From Raillietiella orientalis (taxonomy: Eukaryota): a stretch of DNA of 64,000 nt. Made by a program: the position numbers and the translations under genes. Positions within the stretch are counted from its first letter, which is position 1. Each line of letters begins with the position of its first letter. The notes under the pieces were generated by a model. That model saw only the letters and a program-made list of their open reading frames with translations. It was not told the origin of the DNA and searched no databases. The DNA is taken from positions 310,001-374,000 of the forward strand of contig JAYWIR010000069.1 in the NCBI GenBank assembly GCA_036172245.1, given 5' to 3'. This document shows, piece by piece, positions 23,027-37,539 of this stretch.

Positions 23027-26000
23027 TGATTGACTTTCCAGCGACTCGACAAGTTTTCAGGGAGTAATTCTTGTGATAGCTATTTATCTGCATGCAGCTA
23101 AAATACCACAGCAAACGCGGAGAATTTAGTTCTGAAACGACGTTCTTGTTCGTCGGCAGTGACGTTGCATACACAGCACCCCACAATTTGTCGACATGCA
23201 GCACCCGGAAATGATGCGTGATTTTCTGAAAGCAGCCAGGAATGCAGACTTGAACTTACAAGACGAAGGACTTCAACCTGAGGTCACGTGCTACTGACAT
23301 GCGTAAACGAAAACACACCTCGACTTGTGAATTGCACATCTCTTTACGAACGTCAGTTCCAAGTGTACAAAGGTGTACAAACAAGATTGGCGCAAACATG
23401 CGCTATCCGGCAGCATCCGGGTGCATCAGTATCATTTGCTTTCAACGCTTTGAACGGAAATTAACAGCAATGGAAATCTGTCGGTGAAAGAAATTGGTGG
23501 CAGAAATCTTCAGGATCCAAAGCGGCGCAAAGCAAAGTGCAAGGCAGCAGCAGCACGTGTGACACCCCCAACACGACGAATTCAGATGAATTGCCGCAGG
23601 CTGCTTTGTGGAGGAACACTGCAGCGGTGCACTGATTGTGGAGACCGCACTTTGGGCGAACACCGAAACGGCTGGAGATGGGGGGAAAAAGAACAAAAAA
23701 TAAAACCATCCATGCATTGATTCGAAGTCGGAAAAATTCATTTCCCGACATTTTTGATTACACCCATTTTCCATTTTGGCACGCAGGCGGTTGGACTCCA
23801 CGGAAAGGGAATTTGCACAGAAAAGCCGGCAAATCAGTTGATAACACTGAATTTGACGAAACTCTTCTTTGTCCACTCAACTCCAAGAGGCCCCCATTGG
23901 CCTTTGTACGTACGCGGGGCACCCAAGAACTCGGAATCAGTGGAAAACCCACCTCAGTGTTTGGGACGCCTGAAAATCGGAGGCAACCAACTTTGTCCAA
24001 GCAATGGGCAGCAGCAAACGGCCGAGCGAATCCGTGCTGCCCGAACCCACGGAAAAACAATTTCCTGGTACAGACACGGCCCCACGAAAACGACCGATTC
24101 GGTACGAATAAATCCGGCAGCACAAAAACTACCTCATAACAGCCAATGGCGATATTTTGCAGAACTGCAATACCCAAAAACGCTTGCATTTCGTTCAAGA
24201 GAAGTTCAGACTGCAATCGGATGCACCCAAATACAGAGATGGCGATTCGTTTGCATAAAAAAGTCGCAACTGCTTGCGGATAAGGAAAGACTCCAAATAG
24301 ATACTCTCAGAACGTCAACTGCGAGTCAAATATACCTCGTGGAGAATACAGGAGATGACTTTCGAAAACCTTACTATGGAGCAGGAGGGAAGCAATCATC
24401 TTGAGAGGGACCGTCACGCAGTGTGTGTGACACAATGTGCTTCACATCACTTTGGCAATATCATTGGTAAACAGTTTTGCACGCCCCCATCTTTCTTGCA
24501 TGGGTCCACTTGGTTGAAGGCTACAAAGTAGCATTATGTAGTCATCCAGCAGACAGATACAAAACAAGAAACAGCATCCCAGATATCTTGAAACTTTTCG
24601 AAGACTCTTAAGGGATGTGAAAATCGAACTAAATCTGTCAACTTTTCTGGGTCAAAATCAACTTTGCACTTAAATTAAAGTACATTTTTATTTTATGGAG
24701 AAATGCTTTTATAAGACTGTTTCATCATTGTTTTTAGGTTTGGCCACACACGTGGGCTGTAATACAGTTCACACCAATCAAGTCCTTCAACTCAAATCAA
24801 AACTCACTGCATTATGGCAACGACATCAAATGTTGGGGGCAAAAGACAAACTGCATTTCAAAAGATGCAGTTGAACTTGAAACATACAACCCCCAGGGGA
24901 CTTTCAATTTCTCAAGTTCTCCTAATCACAAAAATTACTTTACATAATGGGAACGATTATGCAGAAATGTTCACTTTTATGGAAAAAAATAAAATGAGTA
25001 AACCCTAAATTATACCCTGATGCACCTATGCTTCATACACCACATCCGGAAACAAAATTCAAGTTTCCCCTTAAATCTGAGTTCATGTGAACAAAAAAGT
25101 ATTTACAAAAATGCAGCAACATTTATTCACTTTTATTGACTCTTTCCTTACACTTTGATGGTGAAATCAGCTTCTCACTGCTTGGAATCAAGAAATGGGA
25201 ACCAAAAGACAAATGCCTAATAAACAAACACGTCGAAACTTCCTGCCAACGCCATGCATGCGCTTAACAGATTTGTTGGAGACCACGGTTATCCCACGAA
25301 CATCATCTCAACACATCTTTCAAGAAAGCAATGAAATTCAACTTTACCACAGCTGTGGCCGCCCATCATGTTGGCAACGTGAAATACTTTGCCGGAAAAC
25401 ACCTACATTGAAGGCTGATAGCTGCCACGCTTAAATGGATCCACTCGTTGAGGACATGTAAATGTCTCGACGGGATTCTGAATCTTTTCACATGTTTTTT
25501 CGTCCTCCGATTGCCGCTTTCGGAAATGCATGTCCCAAGCAGTTCCTGGCGACACTTCCGGTCTCCATCTTGCAGCTCGGAAGGGAGTTGCGGCGCGCTT
25601 CGCGGCGGCTTCGGGGATGCCAACTGCCACTGCGTGCAACCTTTGTACATGACCTCCCCGGGTAGTCAAAATATGCTTCCAGTGAAAACACCTTGAGAAA
25701 CGAGGTCTCGAGAGTTGAAATTTGTGAAAGGATGCGAACAAAAAGGATGCAAACGGAGTCGCTGTTGGCAAATTCTGAAGAGGAAACTCCTCTGGGTATT
25801 TCTTCTTCTTTCCGCGGTAAAAAAAATTTTTTTTTCTGTTTTTCTAAAGTGGTTTTGAGAAACAAATTTTCGATTAAAGTGATTCGATCGATTTGAATTC
25901 TTTCATTTAAAAACGCTGCATGCGTGAAGCTGCACGCAACAGCCAAATAACAGCAAAGTGAGAGTATATTTCCAAAGAGCGCTGAACAGAAATTCTTCAA

Positions 26001-29000
26001 CCCCAAACAGGATTCGCTAAGGCTTCCACTTACAGGCAGTTTGCTGTTGTTTTGTTTTGTTGCTGATTTCAGATATACGCAAAGTCGTGATTTCTGGCAT
26101 TCTCAGAATTGGTGAAAGACTTTGTTTCAGAAAGTCTCCCCATCAAGTCCGTGGGATTCGAATGAGACCAAAATCATCGAGTAGAGAGTGTCTAAAATTT
26201 GGGAAGAACAACTAAGAAATAGCAGTTTGAATGAATTAAAATATGGAAGAAGAAAGATGCATTCAAAGTTTGGGAATTTTTCGACTCATCTTGTGTATCT
26301 CGGAAGTGAAAATTTGTGGTTAAGCCAAATGCTAATAGGAAATCAGTTTTGTCTTCGTAACATGCTGACAAGCTTTAGTTCTATTTCTTTTCGTCACAAA
26401 TCAACACTCGTATCAGGAAGTAACGATTTATCATGACTTGTCGAAAGCATAGTATCAATGGACGTACTTTCCGTAATTTCACCTTAACTGACCTGTACTC
26501 AAAACAAATGGGCTACGGGACATCGGACAAGATTTTAAATCCACAGGAAGAGCGACGAGGCGCTTTTCGCGGTGCTCAAGGGCGAGGAACGTTCCCAGGA
26601 AGGAGAGAAATGAATACTGGAGTGCTAAAGAGAGCAGGCAAGTGAGAAATTCAAGAAAAGAAGAGATTCAATGGAGAGTTCAATTCAAAGAAGCAATGAG
26701 AAATTGAGGAAGAGCCAAAGGCACCCATGCTTGGAAACAGCCTTGCTCTGAAGAGGGCTGAAGAGGAGAGCATGAAGGTCTTCCAGGTTGAGATATACGT
26801 TGCAAGATCTATAAAAGCACCTTAATGATGCTGTGGAGACCTATTGCATTTCAAACAAATTTCCATCATTTTGATGTACTTTCATTTCAGTTACTTCCAA
26901 GAAACTGACCCTCTGAAAAGGGCTGAGTGTCACAATTCGTTTAATACTCAAGAATAACTTTTGCAACAGTAAATATTCATCTGTGCAGCTCATTTCACTT
27001 TGGGGGACACTTTAGAGATTAAGCGACCGCAGCACCTTTCAAGGAACTGATCCTCTTGCACGGCCATTGCTGTTCGTATAAGTTATTCTCGGTTGCTTCT
27101 TTCCATTGGGAAGTATTTGAAGCTGGTTGTGATGGTCACCGTTCCAGAGAGCCTTCAAAGTTCGCTTTCGGTGTTTGGAATTTCCTGGAACACATCATTC
27201 TTGTGCCTTTGCACACGAAGAGCTTTGTTCTTTCTACGAAGAGCTTTGTTCTTCCGTCTCGAACATGTATTTAATGTATGTATAAAGTTCTTTTGACGGT
27301 AAACGAACACAAACTTTGAGGATGCCCATCAAAGTTTCATTGCATTGAATGTTTAAGGTGAAGGACACACTGTGGTGACATTTATCAGCTATGTGGATCA
27401 GAGGGAATTTTTATCCTTCCCTGACATGACCATCATCAGGCATTTTTGTTTTTTTAAGAGAAAGAAAGAAAAAAACTCCCAAAGCGTTTTGGCACGTCTG
27501 AGCCAAGCTGAAGCAGTAGCAAAGAAAAATCAACACAGTACAATTTTTCGTGCTCACCGCTGCACCGAGCGCTGCTCTCATTTGTTTGTACACCAGAGAT
27601 GACGTGTGACGAGTGTCATGGGCACTTTCTGCCCAGGGTGGCAAAAGGGCCGTTGTCTTCTGGAGGCCCCATGGCACGGAGGAAGGCCTTGGAAAGCAAA
27701 AGGCAAACGCAGCTTGAATTTTTGCCCTCCGCCGTCGTTAGAAGACGATGGCTGATGCTCTCGATCGTTCGCATCAGCACGGCTTCCCTTTTATTGCCTG
27801 TTAATTGGGCTGATTCCCATCTGCAGTCCCTACTGATCTTCGGATTCACGCTAATATATTCATTCTTCTCTTGCAAACCCGACTGACACGCGAAAGGTGT
27901 TGCAAATTACTTCCGATGATTGCTGTTGATCGCGTAGTGCAGCATCACGGAAACTGTGTGGATCTTTTTGTTGCTGCTTGATGATCATTTGCCAGATCGG
28001 TGCCTGGAGAGCGGCGTGCTAAGAGTCATTTCCACAGAAACCGAGGGATTCCTCTCGCGACGGAAAAACGGTCCACGAAGGCTGCACGCGGCGTCGCCGT
28101 CGGTCGTACCTTTGCATGGATGTCAGTCATGAAGCGACCGACGAAGAGGCGCTTCCAAGTGCTCCAGGGCATGTTGGGGGGCCTGCCGCTTGCTGCAGAA
28201 CTGCTCGGAAAGCACCTCGGAAACTTGATGGAACTTTCTTCGTCCTCGACCGAGCGCTCACAGAAAGCCCCACAAATTTTTCCACTCGAGCTGAGCAAGT
28301 GAAAAGGTCCGGGTCCACGTGGATTGCCCTGGGGGGTGGCCGATTTCAGCTGGAGCCTGAGACAAGCAGTACAGCGGACTCCTCCATGACGCGAATTCGT
28401 ATGGCGCCACGTAAAAATTGCCACTCGTACCCATACAACGCGATAAAGAGTCTCCTATAACGCGCGCGACATACATTTGACATCTTGACACACACTTTTC
28501 GACTTTTTGTCTAAAAACGCAACATGTTCTAAAAAATGTGAAGGTTTATCAAAAGAGAAAAAAGAAAAACGCTCACTTGAGGATAGGAGGGAAAAGTATT
28601 TTTATGCAGTTTTTAATGAAAACCAAAATGGAAAGTCTTCACCATTTGGCATTGACTGACCACCGGAAGACATCCACGAAGAAGTTGGAACTTCTCCGGA
28701 AGTCTTCTCCATACTGGCTGTACGGATGCATCGCTCGAAGGGTCCATAATTCCGTCTTCGTCTTGATCGCTCTTTAGGAACATTTCTTTTTCCAGCTTGA
28801 TCTTTGGCTTGCAAATATGGGGGTGGGCAATGATGGGGGGCACAATTCGTCAGAAGATGAGCTTGCGCGCCACTGCCACCCTATTTGAAACTGACCCACA
28901 TCTCAGTCGCAATGTGCGGTCAGTGCTGGAACCCGTGTTCTCACCTGGCATGAATTCCATCTGGCCATGCATGTCTCGTATAACGCGGGACGTGCCCCCC

Positions 29001-29629
29001 GCTTCCTACGGAAGTGTTTCCCTCTTGCTGACCAGTGCACGAGACAACGGAGGTCGAGACCTTGAAGGTACACGGATGTGCCGAGTGTTAAGCATTCCTC
29101 GTGCAGCCGTCTTCGTTTCGTTGGGATCTGAGCGTTTTCGTCCGAGTCTTCGGATCGATTTCCCTGATTAATTCCTGTCGACGGTTCCGAATGTTCCAGA
29201 CTCTGCGGCGGAATGGAGAATCATACTTCACCTCTCCAGCTTTGTTCAAAATGTCCGGTGTTTAATACCTTCATTTCCAAGTGTATTCTCCATAATGAAA
29301 CACTCCTAGTAAATGGCCCTCATCGTGCTGCATTGGTATCGATCATTTCGCAGAATCCATTGCAGATCCAATTGGACAATCCATAATCAAACACTGCAAG
29401 TTCCAAGAAGACCTTCGGACCCAAGGTGCACGGACGCACACACAAAAGTCACGAAACCGATGGGCGCGCTGAAGTAGGCGGAAGGTGACGCGATCGGGGA
29501 GGATTCCTTGGGATCCAATCCTATGGGCTAATCGCTGTTCTCAAGGAAAATTGAAAAGCTTGAGCGGATTCTGCCGAAACTTTAGCCTTCTCCCGACTTC
29601 CCGGCTAATGGCTACAGGTTCCTGCTAAG

Positions 29630-31100
29630 CCGCGGCACTTGGCTCCCCTGGAAGAAGTTCCGTGTTGAATCAAAACTGCTTGAGGCAAAATCATTTTTCA
29701 CGCCGCACATCCGACCAACGAGCGCAGCCTCTGCATTCCGAGCATTCTAATAGAAGCCTCGTTTCAATCCAGTCCACTCGCTGCCCATGTCACTCGGGTC
29801 CACGGAAGACGCGCCTTACGAAGAAACCGAGCTGGACCTGGGGCTGGAAGCCCGCCGAAGGGCAGGTAAGAGTTCCGTTCGAAATGCCTGCCCGCCGAAA
29901 TGTAATGTACAACATTATGGAACCAATGCTGCTGCTATGGTCTTATGAGGTACTGCAAAAAATCGATAGAAATACTGATACCATCAAGATGAATGCTCGA
30001 TATTTCCGGAGTTCTCTATGGGGGAACCCGGCCGCCAAATAATGGCTTCCCAGCGATGGTTCCGTGTTCTTTTTCCCCTTCGAGTGTGTTCTTTGTTTTT
30101 AAACTGAACATCTACAACGTGCTCTTCATGGCTTGCACCGGATGAGTCGGAATGCACGGATCGATCCGAGAGAGCAAAACTCTCTGAAAAATTCGAAATT
30201 CTGGATTCAAGCAGGCGGAAATTCTGGAAATTTCGTGGTGCTGGAATGCGGAGACGAATTTGAATACCATGAAACTTTCAGGGTTCCTGGCGATCTGAGT
30301 GATGCGATTAACACGGGGGGATACACGATGATCTCGCTGACCCATAAAGGTCACACGTCGGGAACACTCGAAGGGTGTTTATCCACCAGCTGCTCTGCGG
30401 ACCAGCTCATTCGTTTCTTCCGGAAGGAACTTCTCCTAGACGGGAATTCCGGTGGGATGGTCCACTGGAGAGGAAAGATGACAGGAAGGTTCACCCGTCA
30501 GACACGCGAGTTTGGGATGCATCGGAAGAACGAGCAGTCCCTGGAGACGAAGGAGAGCTTGAAAAGGCTCCTTCGCACCAGAAGGCAGCAAGTAGGTGCC
30601 CTTGCCGCGGCTGCTGGCTGCTGCCACGACTGCCACAACGTGAGTCAGCGAGCAGTTGGAAATACAGTCTGGGGAAGCGACCTGCCACCCCACACTCAGG
30701 ATGACCTCCTCATGTTCTACCACGGAGGCACCCTGAGCGCTTCCGGAATTACAAATTGGACAGGCGCCTGCCAAAATGAACGCCGCAAGGCATGTGGGGG
30801 CAGTGAAATTCAGCTTCCACCTGCCCGGCGCTGGCACCGGGATTGGACAACGCTGAGGGAGGCGACGTCCCGCGGACGGAAACGGAGTTGGAGATACCGG
30901 CGCAAAGGTTCCCCGATGCAATCCTATGGTCCGCACCCACCATCGCCCTCTTCATAGCGACTCGGGATAAGAAGGCCAAGGATGCAGAACACCAACGTCC
31001 GTGCAACGTCCTTGTGAAATGCTGCCAACATTTTACAAGGAGTGCTGACGAGGGAGTTCGGGAGCAGCAACTGCTGCAGAGTTGCCGCCTAAGCATACCG
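29630..31100 (+). mobile_element. Old degenerate LINE ORF2 (endonuclease, linker, RT start)
   Basis: Colinear degenerate motifs: NCLRQNH, YNIMEP, ARYFRSSL, SLTH, QQVGALA, LMFY, QRPCNVLV. Confidence 0.45.
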
Positions 31101-33039
31101 CTACGTCTTGAAGAAGATGCTGCCCAAGCGAGTGGACTGCCCACCAGACCCCAGCGACCCTCCCCCCAGTAGGAAAGAATCCCGAACGAGGAAAAAGAAA
31201 GTGATCTTTGAAAGTGCTTTGCGTGCAAAGACATCTGACAATGTGTCTGCGAGAATGTGTGATTATCGGAATTCTTTAAGAGTCGTTAAATAAATTCTCC
31301 CCGCCGCTGGTCGGACCGGGGTCGGGCCTTCCCCGAGTGGATTCCACGTCACCCCGATTTCCATCTCTGCCTCCCTCGCTCGGGGAAGGACTCAACGGTT
31401 AAAATGAGTGCTTCTCAGCAGAAAGGCGTGGAAGGAAGAACCGGCCTTGGTAATCCCCGTCTCCCTTTCCCGTTCTACAAGAAACGTGGCAATGTATGCA
31501 CTGAGAATTGTAGATTGCCGATTTCGGGAACCCTGGTGTGAAACAGAGAAATGATAGGAGTAATTGCTCACTACACATTGAATAATAATCACAGAAAAAC
31601 ATTCGGGAACCGTATCGCTGAGGGTTCATTTCGCCATCAGGATTATTCACGCATCTCAGGGAATCGGGTGGTTTTATGCCCTTGGGCGCTGAGCTCATCT
31701 CTTCTGCGTCGACGGCACGCGGGTCGCAGCTGCGACCTCCGTGGACGGACGCTGTTTCGCGTGTCGCGTGCTCTATCAGAGGTACCAATTGACTTTGTAA
31801 AGTGCTGATTAAAGTTGCTATTGTAATTGTTTATTTACACCACATTAAGTAAAATAGTTTTTACTTACTGTGGTGTTGTTTACCTTTTTTCCAAACATAT
31901 AATATTCATTTAAAAATAATCATCATAATTGCAATAAAAATCAACAATTCATTTGGGTGTGGTACAACATAATAAATTACAACTATAATATTATGCTATT
32001 ATTCTCGGAACGGAATAGTTGGCCGAAATAAATAGAATTTTGTTCACAGTCGTTGCCAAGGGATGCAAAAGAACGTAATGTGGACACTCACATTACGCTC
32101 TTTTGGAAACACTGATAGCGTTAACTGACGTCGCGAGGATAAGGTAAAAAAACATTTGCCCAATGCATACGTGCGCCCCTGATTTCCGCAGCGCCCACAG
32201 ATGCGTCCGTGTGCGCCTCCGGACGCACAGATGCGTTCCACAGCACTCGAGGGGTTAATGATGAGCTCACTTGGAACGAATCCGCCAAAAGACAGACGCT
32301 TCCTCTTGCTAGATATCTGCTTTGGATGAAATTCTGAGAACTCTTTCATGTGAAGCAGTGCTGCTGACATCTGCTCAGGATAAGTAGATGCAGTTCATCC
32401 CAGAATGCAACACGGATCGTCATCTCACGCACGCCTGTCTATTTAGCCCGTGCGGGTTTCTGGATGCTGTTTGACGTGTTCGTTTCTCGTAGAGGTCTGG
32501 CAATGCTGGACGAATTATGGCAAATTGAATTTCGACATGGCACTCACGTCCTGCAAACGCGTCTCCTTTCACCCCACCCCCACCCCTCCACTGCAGAGTG
32601 CGCTGCACTTCCTCCACGGAGGACGGCCATCCACGGAGGCGTTTCTCCCCACTTTGACTGCTGCGTCTTCTGTAAGCAGTGCGCTGCAGCGAACGGCGGA
32701 TCTGCCGAAGCTGCCCGCACCCTATCGCTCCCTCCTGCTTCCGGGATCCGGGAAGAATTCCTCGATTCGACGTTGGGAAGCTGCCGCAGAGACTCCCCTG
32801 AGGTTCCCTTCGAAGAAGATTCTCTCCGAGAACCTCTCGGAGGTTCTCGGAGTTGCGGGCAGGGAGCCACGTGTTCCTTTGTGCCACCGTTCCAGCTGCC
32901 TTGGATGAGCTGGGGACGGCCGCGCGATAGGGTTAGGAGAAGGGCCACCCTGTGCCTCTCTTCACACTCACGTGGCACCGACACTGGGCGCACAGTGACC
33001 TCGAATGATTGCCTTTGATGAGAAGTAGCAAAACTGAAA

Positions 33040-33985
33040 CGAAGCGCAGGCGGGTTGGAGTGAGAGACACTGCTGACGATGCTTGAGAACGGCTTCAGCG
33101 GAAGGCAGTATGGATGCTAGCAATGAGGAAGAGCTGTATATTTATTTATTTATTTTCGGTTCCATTAAATCGACTTCTGGAATGGCCTTATCCTGCTGAA
33201 ATGGAGGCAGCTGGTGACCGGCTGTGACTATGAGATTGGAAGGACCACTGACGACTTGGCAGTGCAATCGCCCATCATCATGGTCATTCCCAAACCCGAG
33301 AGTAAGGTGGCACTTCTGATGGATGGGCCACCATGGAGCAAAGAAAACCCTTATGAGAGCTATTTACGGGAAATGGGGAGGGTTTGGAAGTCGGTAGCCA
33401 CAACCTACCCCGTAGCGGTTGCTGGCGATGCCAGTTGGCATGCAAACGAAAGGTAGCCACCTATGTTAATGGGACTCAGGATAACGATGAGGATAATCAC
33501 CGAATGACTTCGATGCATTACCACACCCACCAAGTAGGTGATCTGACAAATAGGCCTAGGTAAAAAAAACTCACATTCTTGGGCGATTGCCCAGAGCCAT
33601 TGATTGCCCATTGAATCCACGAAGTGCCCGAGTGCTGCGAAAAAATCAATCGTCTCGAAGTCGCGGTAAGTCCGCGTATCCAAGGCGACGGCCGGCCACA
33701 GAGTGGCAGCGTGGTCATCACGGAAAACAGCTGCCGCGTGTCCTCGAGAACAGGAGCCGCGATTAGCATCATCATCAGCAAGCAGACTGCCCAATGCTAC
33801 TCAGTGGGTGGAGTGACAAGCTGCAACTCGTTCCTCTTATTCGCGTGGGGCGACACATCACCATGGCACCAAGGAAAACAAGGATCCGATGGCAGGAGGA
33901 CAGCAGCTTCATCAACTGCTCTTGCATCAATGTTGGCCTTCAAGGAAGACGCCTCCTAGTGATGACAGACAAACATCCGGAAAGA
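33040..33985 (+). mobile_element. Degenerate LINE endonuclease and RT-start relic
   Basis: LLMDGPPW...YPVAVAGDASWH resembles VYAP...P.I..GDFN; KENKDP followed by SFINC (frameshifted) resembles the RT domain 1-2 region. Confidence 0.5.
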
Positions 33986-34183
33986 TGTGAGGTCACTTGG
34001 CCGCATTGAGGCAATCACGGTCCCTGTGGCGGGTTGGCTGCGGTCTCCGCTCGCGTGGCACCGAACGTCTCGGGTTCTAATTCCTCTCGGGGAAGAATCG
34101 ACGCCTAGAGATGGGAGGTGAGTCGTGAATTTGCAGTCCCCCTCTTAGGGACGGCCTGATTGGTGGTCGTGTGCGGTACAGGT

Positions 34184-36370
34184 TCACCCGTGGTCACGGC
34201 GGGACGTCAATTCATAAAAAATAAACGTACACGTCTGTGGAGTGACCTTTGATCCTGCCACGTTACTTATGAATACGAAAAGGGACCTGCCTGGAACTGG
34301 CCCGCAAACTGGCGAGATTCGCCACGGCAGCAGAGGGGAAGGGGACACAAACAAAAAGAAGAAAAAAATAAAACAAAAAACATACAGCAAAAAATGGAGG
34401 GGAGAGGGATTCTGGAATGGATGACTGTGTGCTAGAGGGCATGTTCTGCATCCTCGTAAGAATGCCGCCAAGTTCCTGTTTCAAGACTTCCAGCTGGGGT
34501 CATCTTGACGCCGTCCTCATGAAGAAAACAGGAAAATAGAAGGTGTTCCTGCCCTTCAGGACTCTTCTGGCGTTGCTCCATGCAGCCACGATCCCTGCGC
34601 GAGGGCAGCGCAGTGCTGCCAGGGGCGTGGGCAGCGTAAGGGAGTCACGCAGGAAGAGGCGCTTTACAACGTATCTGACGTTGCCGCCGGGGGGTTCCAT
34701 AGGTCGCGGTAAAGAGTCTTTAAGCGAGCCAGAGAAAAAAGCAGTCCACTAGGAGGTGTAGGAGTGATCCCCGCTCCCCGCACCTTGCACAGTTTGGGTC
34801 CATGCACCTCGTTTCCACAGTTTCCGGCGGGCGTTGCATGGGAGTCCCCAGTGCAGCAGCATCAATGCAGACTCCTGCAACTTGAAGGAAAGCGTACGGG
34901 TGTTCATGAGCACCGGGCGCCACTGCAGGTCCTTCCATGGAGTACCCACGACCCAACGCAGAGATCCACGAGGTCGAGCAATCGGGGTCACTGCGTTGTT
35001 GAGCTGGACCATCGTCCACTCGTCCAGTCCTTTTTTCCTTACGAAGATTTCCTCAGTAAACCCTCCTCTTCCCGCGAGGCTGCTTCCCATGTGTTCCCTG
35101 AGAGAGGGCAGAGCGGCGTGGGGGAAGGTTCTGCTTGCCCACTCACTCTCTTCACGGTATCTTCCAGGATCTCCCGGAGAGCGTTGTTGTTGTTACTCGC
35201 GTAGAGGAAACGTCGCACCTGTTCCGCGCTGGGCTCCTGGATCTCCACCCACGTGCGAACGGTTTCCGACAACCAGGCGCTACCTTTCGCGGGGCGGCAC
35301 GAGATCCCCCTGTTATTTCTGGCAGCGTGGCCACTTGTCGAAGGTGCAGTCCGCCGTGGATAAGACTGCGTGGAGGGTGCGCAAGGAAGGACTCGAGTCC
35401 CACGCTGCCAGTGGCTCACTGGACGTAAATACGTGCAGGTTGGCACCAGGTAGTGTTCCAGAGGTTTGAAACAAGGCAAAGTGTCCGAGACAGGAGCTGC
35501 CGCGTTAGAGGGCCTAGGTTGTTGTCCGACGAGGAGCACACAAGTCCTTCAGGTGGGTCTCCATTTGCCCAGCAGGGCGATCCGGGGCAGGTCCTTTGTG
35601 CGCTTCCTGATGCTGCATGGCGGGGATCAAACAAAAATTAAGGAACAGAGGGGAAAGGCTACAAACATGTTTCACACTGCGGCCCGTTCCGGAGGGTAAA
35701 ACTTCGCTCTTTTAAGGGAGTCGAGAGCCTGCAGTGCTTTCTCAAGACGGCCGTACATGCGTGCTTCTTCGGAACGATAGTTCCCAACGGAATGTAAAGG
35801 TACTTCAAGCATCGGTCCATGAGGATCCCCAGGCGGATCCCGTCTGGCCACCCTGCCCACGCCCCATCAACGGGAATCACAAACGAGTTCGCCTTGTTCA
35901 CCACCAGGCCCGTCCCACGACTGAGCACCTCGAAGAAAGCGTCGAGTGCAAATGCCGGGGTGGACAAGGAAAGCAGCAGCAGAGGGTCGTCCGCGTATGC
36001 TAAGACGACAGGCGTTGCGGGACATACGCGCGGGTGAAGAGTCAGAGTGTCCCTGTAGGCTCTCAGCACCAATTCGAAATAGATGCTAAAGAGCAGGGAG
36101 TTCAGGTTGCCGTGCTGCCCTATCCTGAGTGTCAACGACAAGCCGTGCACCATCTGCCAGCTAAAAGAGATGTTGATTAGCGCGTGGCGCCAGCTGGAAC
36201 GAAGTTAGATCGACAATGCGGCCGGAAAGTCCATGCTATCCAGGAGCTCCAGAAGAAGCTCCTGGTCGGCAAAGACGGATGCCTTGTGCGGGTTGAACGC
36301 GACCGCAAGGGCTCCCATTCCCGCCCGCCCTTCCTTTCCTGGCCGACGGACGCTCCGGAATTCCTGCTGC
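34184..36370 (-). mobile_element. Truncated L1/Tx1-type element, non-inverted paralogue of 6481-7809
   Basis: LLFSIYFELVL, YADD (~35987-35998), GLVVNKANS, KYL, NCARCGER zinc finger, same 3' end as 6481. Confidence 0.9.
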
Positions 36371-37539
36371 CCATCATCTACATCATCTCCTGGCTGCGGC
36401 ACTGGTAGAATCCGTATGTGCCCGCTGAATAGCAAAGATTACAAAGTCGAATTCCCAAGATCCTTCAGGCCACCAACGAGTCTTTCGGGGCTCTCCTCGA
36501 GGGGTGGATGGGCGGAAGACTCTCCATCGCGTACTACTGAGCTGCTTGGTACCTCTGCAGAGTGTGTCTAGAAGCCCGCTGCTCATTTCGGGATGCGGCC
36601 GTTGAAACGATTTTCGACCAGCGGATGAAGTCCCACTTTGGCTTCTCCTTTCTGCGATGATCCTGCGGCAGGATGCTGAGGGCGCCTCGCAGGGAGCTAA
36701 GCTCCCTCCCCGGTGTCACCCCTTCCTTCTCGACGAGAACTACCCCGTCTGCTCTTTTGCTTTCGGTCTTCCCTTCTTCCCTTTAGCAACCGGTGGTGTC
36801 GGTCGGTCCGTCTGCACATCGATCAATCAATCATCGATCAACCTGCGGGGGAACTCGAAACCCACGATGTACCCATTTCCCGGACATCCTTCACTGGGGG
36901 GATCCAAACCCGCCACGCCTGGTGTCACACGCAGGGTCCATCGCTAATGTGGGCCGATAAAGCGCATTTTTTATTTTTATTTTTTTACGATGGGTGTCCC
37001 GGAAAAATCGGGTGGAAAACCTCGTTCGGACCCGAGATGCACCCGGTGGCAGCAGCATCCTCCCGGTTGCCTAGTGCGTCGCCTCGCGCCCGCCTCGCTG
37101 CTCGACTTTCGGGCCTGCCCCCGAAGAAGGGTCAGGCCCTCCAGAAAGCATTGCGGTCCCTCGGGGAGACCTTCCTGCTCGTGCGCGCGGTCCGCGACGA
37201 GGCTCTCCAGGACGCGCGCAGGGAGGTGGGCCCAGGGAGATCTCCCCATCTGCCTCGTGCTCTCGCGACCTTTGGGGTTGTTTGCGCCGGGGTCGCGGGG
37301 GACCTCTCAAGCAGGTCTTCCCGGCAGCCATGCCGGCCGCCCCGTGCTCTCCTTCTCTTCCAGAACGGTCCCAGCAATGGCGCCACCCTGGGGAGTCCTT
37401 CGGACGGCGCCCGCCGCTGGCCACCTGCTCTCCAGGGTTCGGACCGGGGTCCTCGACGCCTGAGGGAGGTCCGAAGGGAACGCGCGGGCCCGTGATCCAC
37501 GCTGCTATGTAAAATCCACATACGTCAACGTGCATCATG

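Noticed and set aside
27214..27255. 21-bp tandem duplication ACGAAGAGCTTTGTTCTT as a CRISPR-like repeat
   Set aside because: Only two adjacent units, no spacers, eukaryotic context
30133..30957. 274-aa ORF as a novel gene
   Set aside because: Better explained as decayed LINE endonuclease/linker sequence
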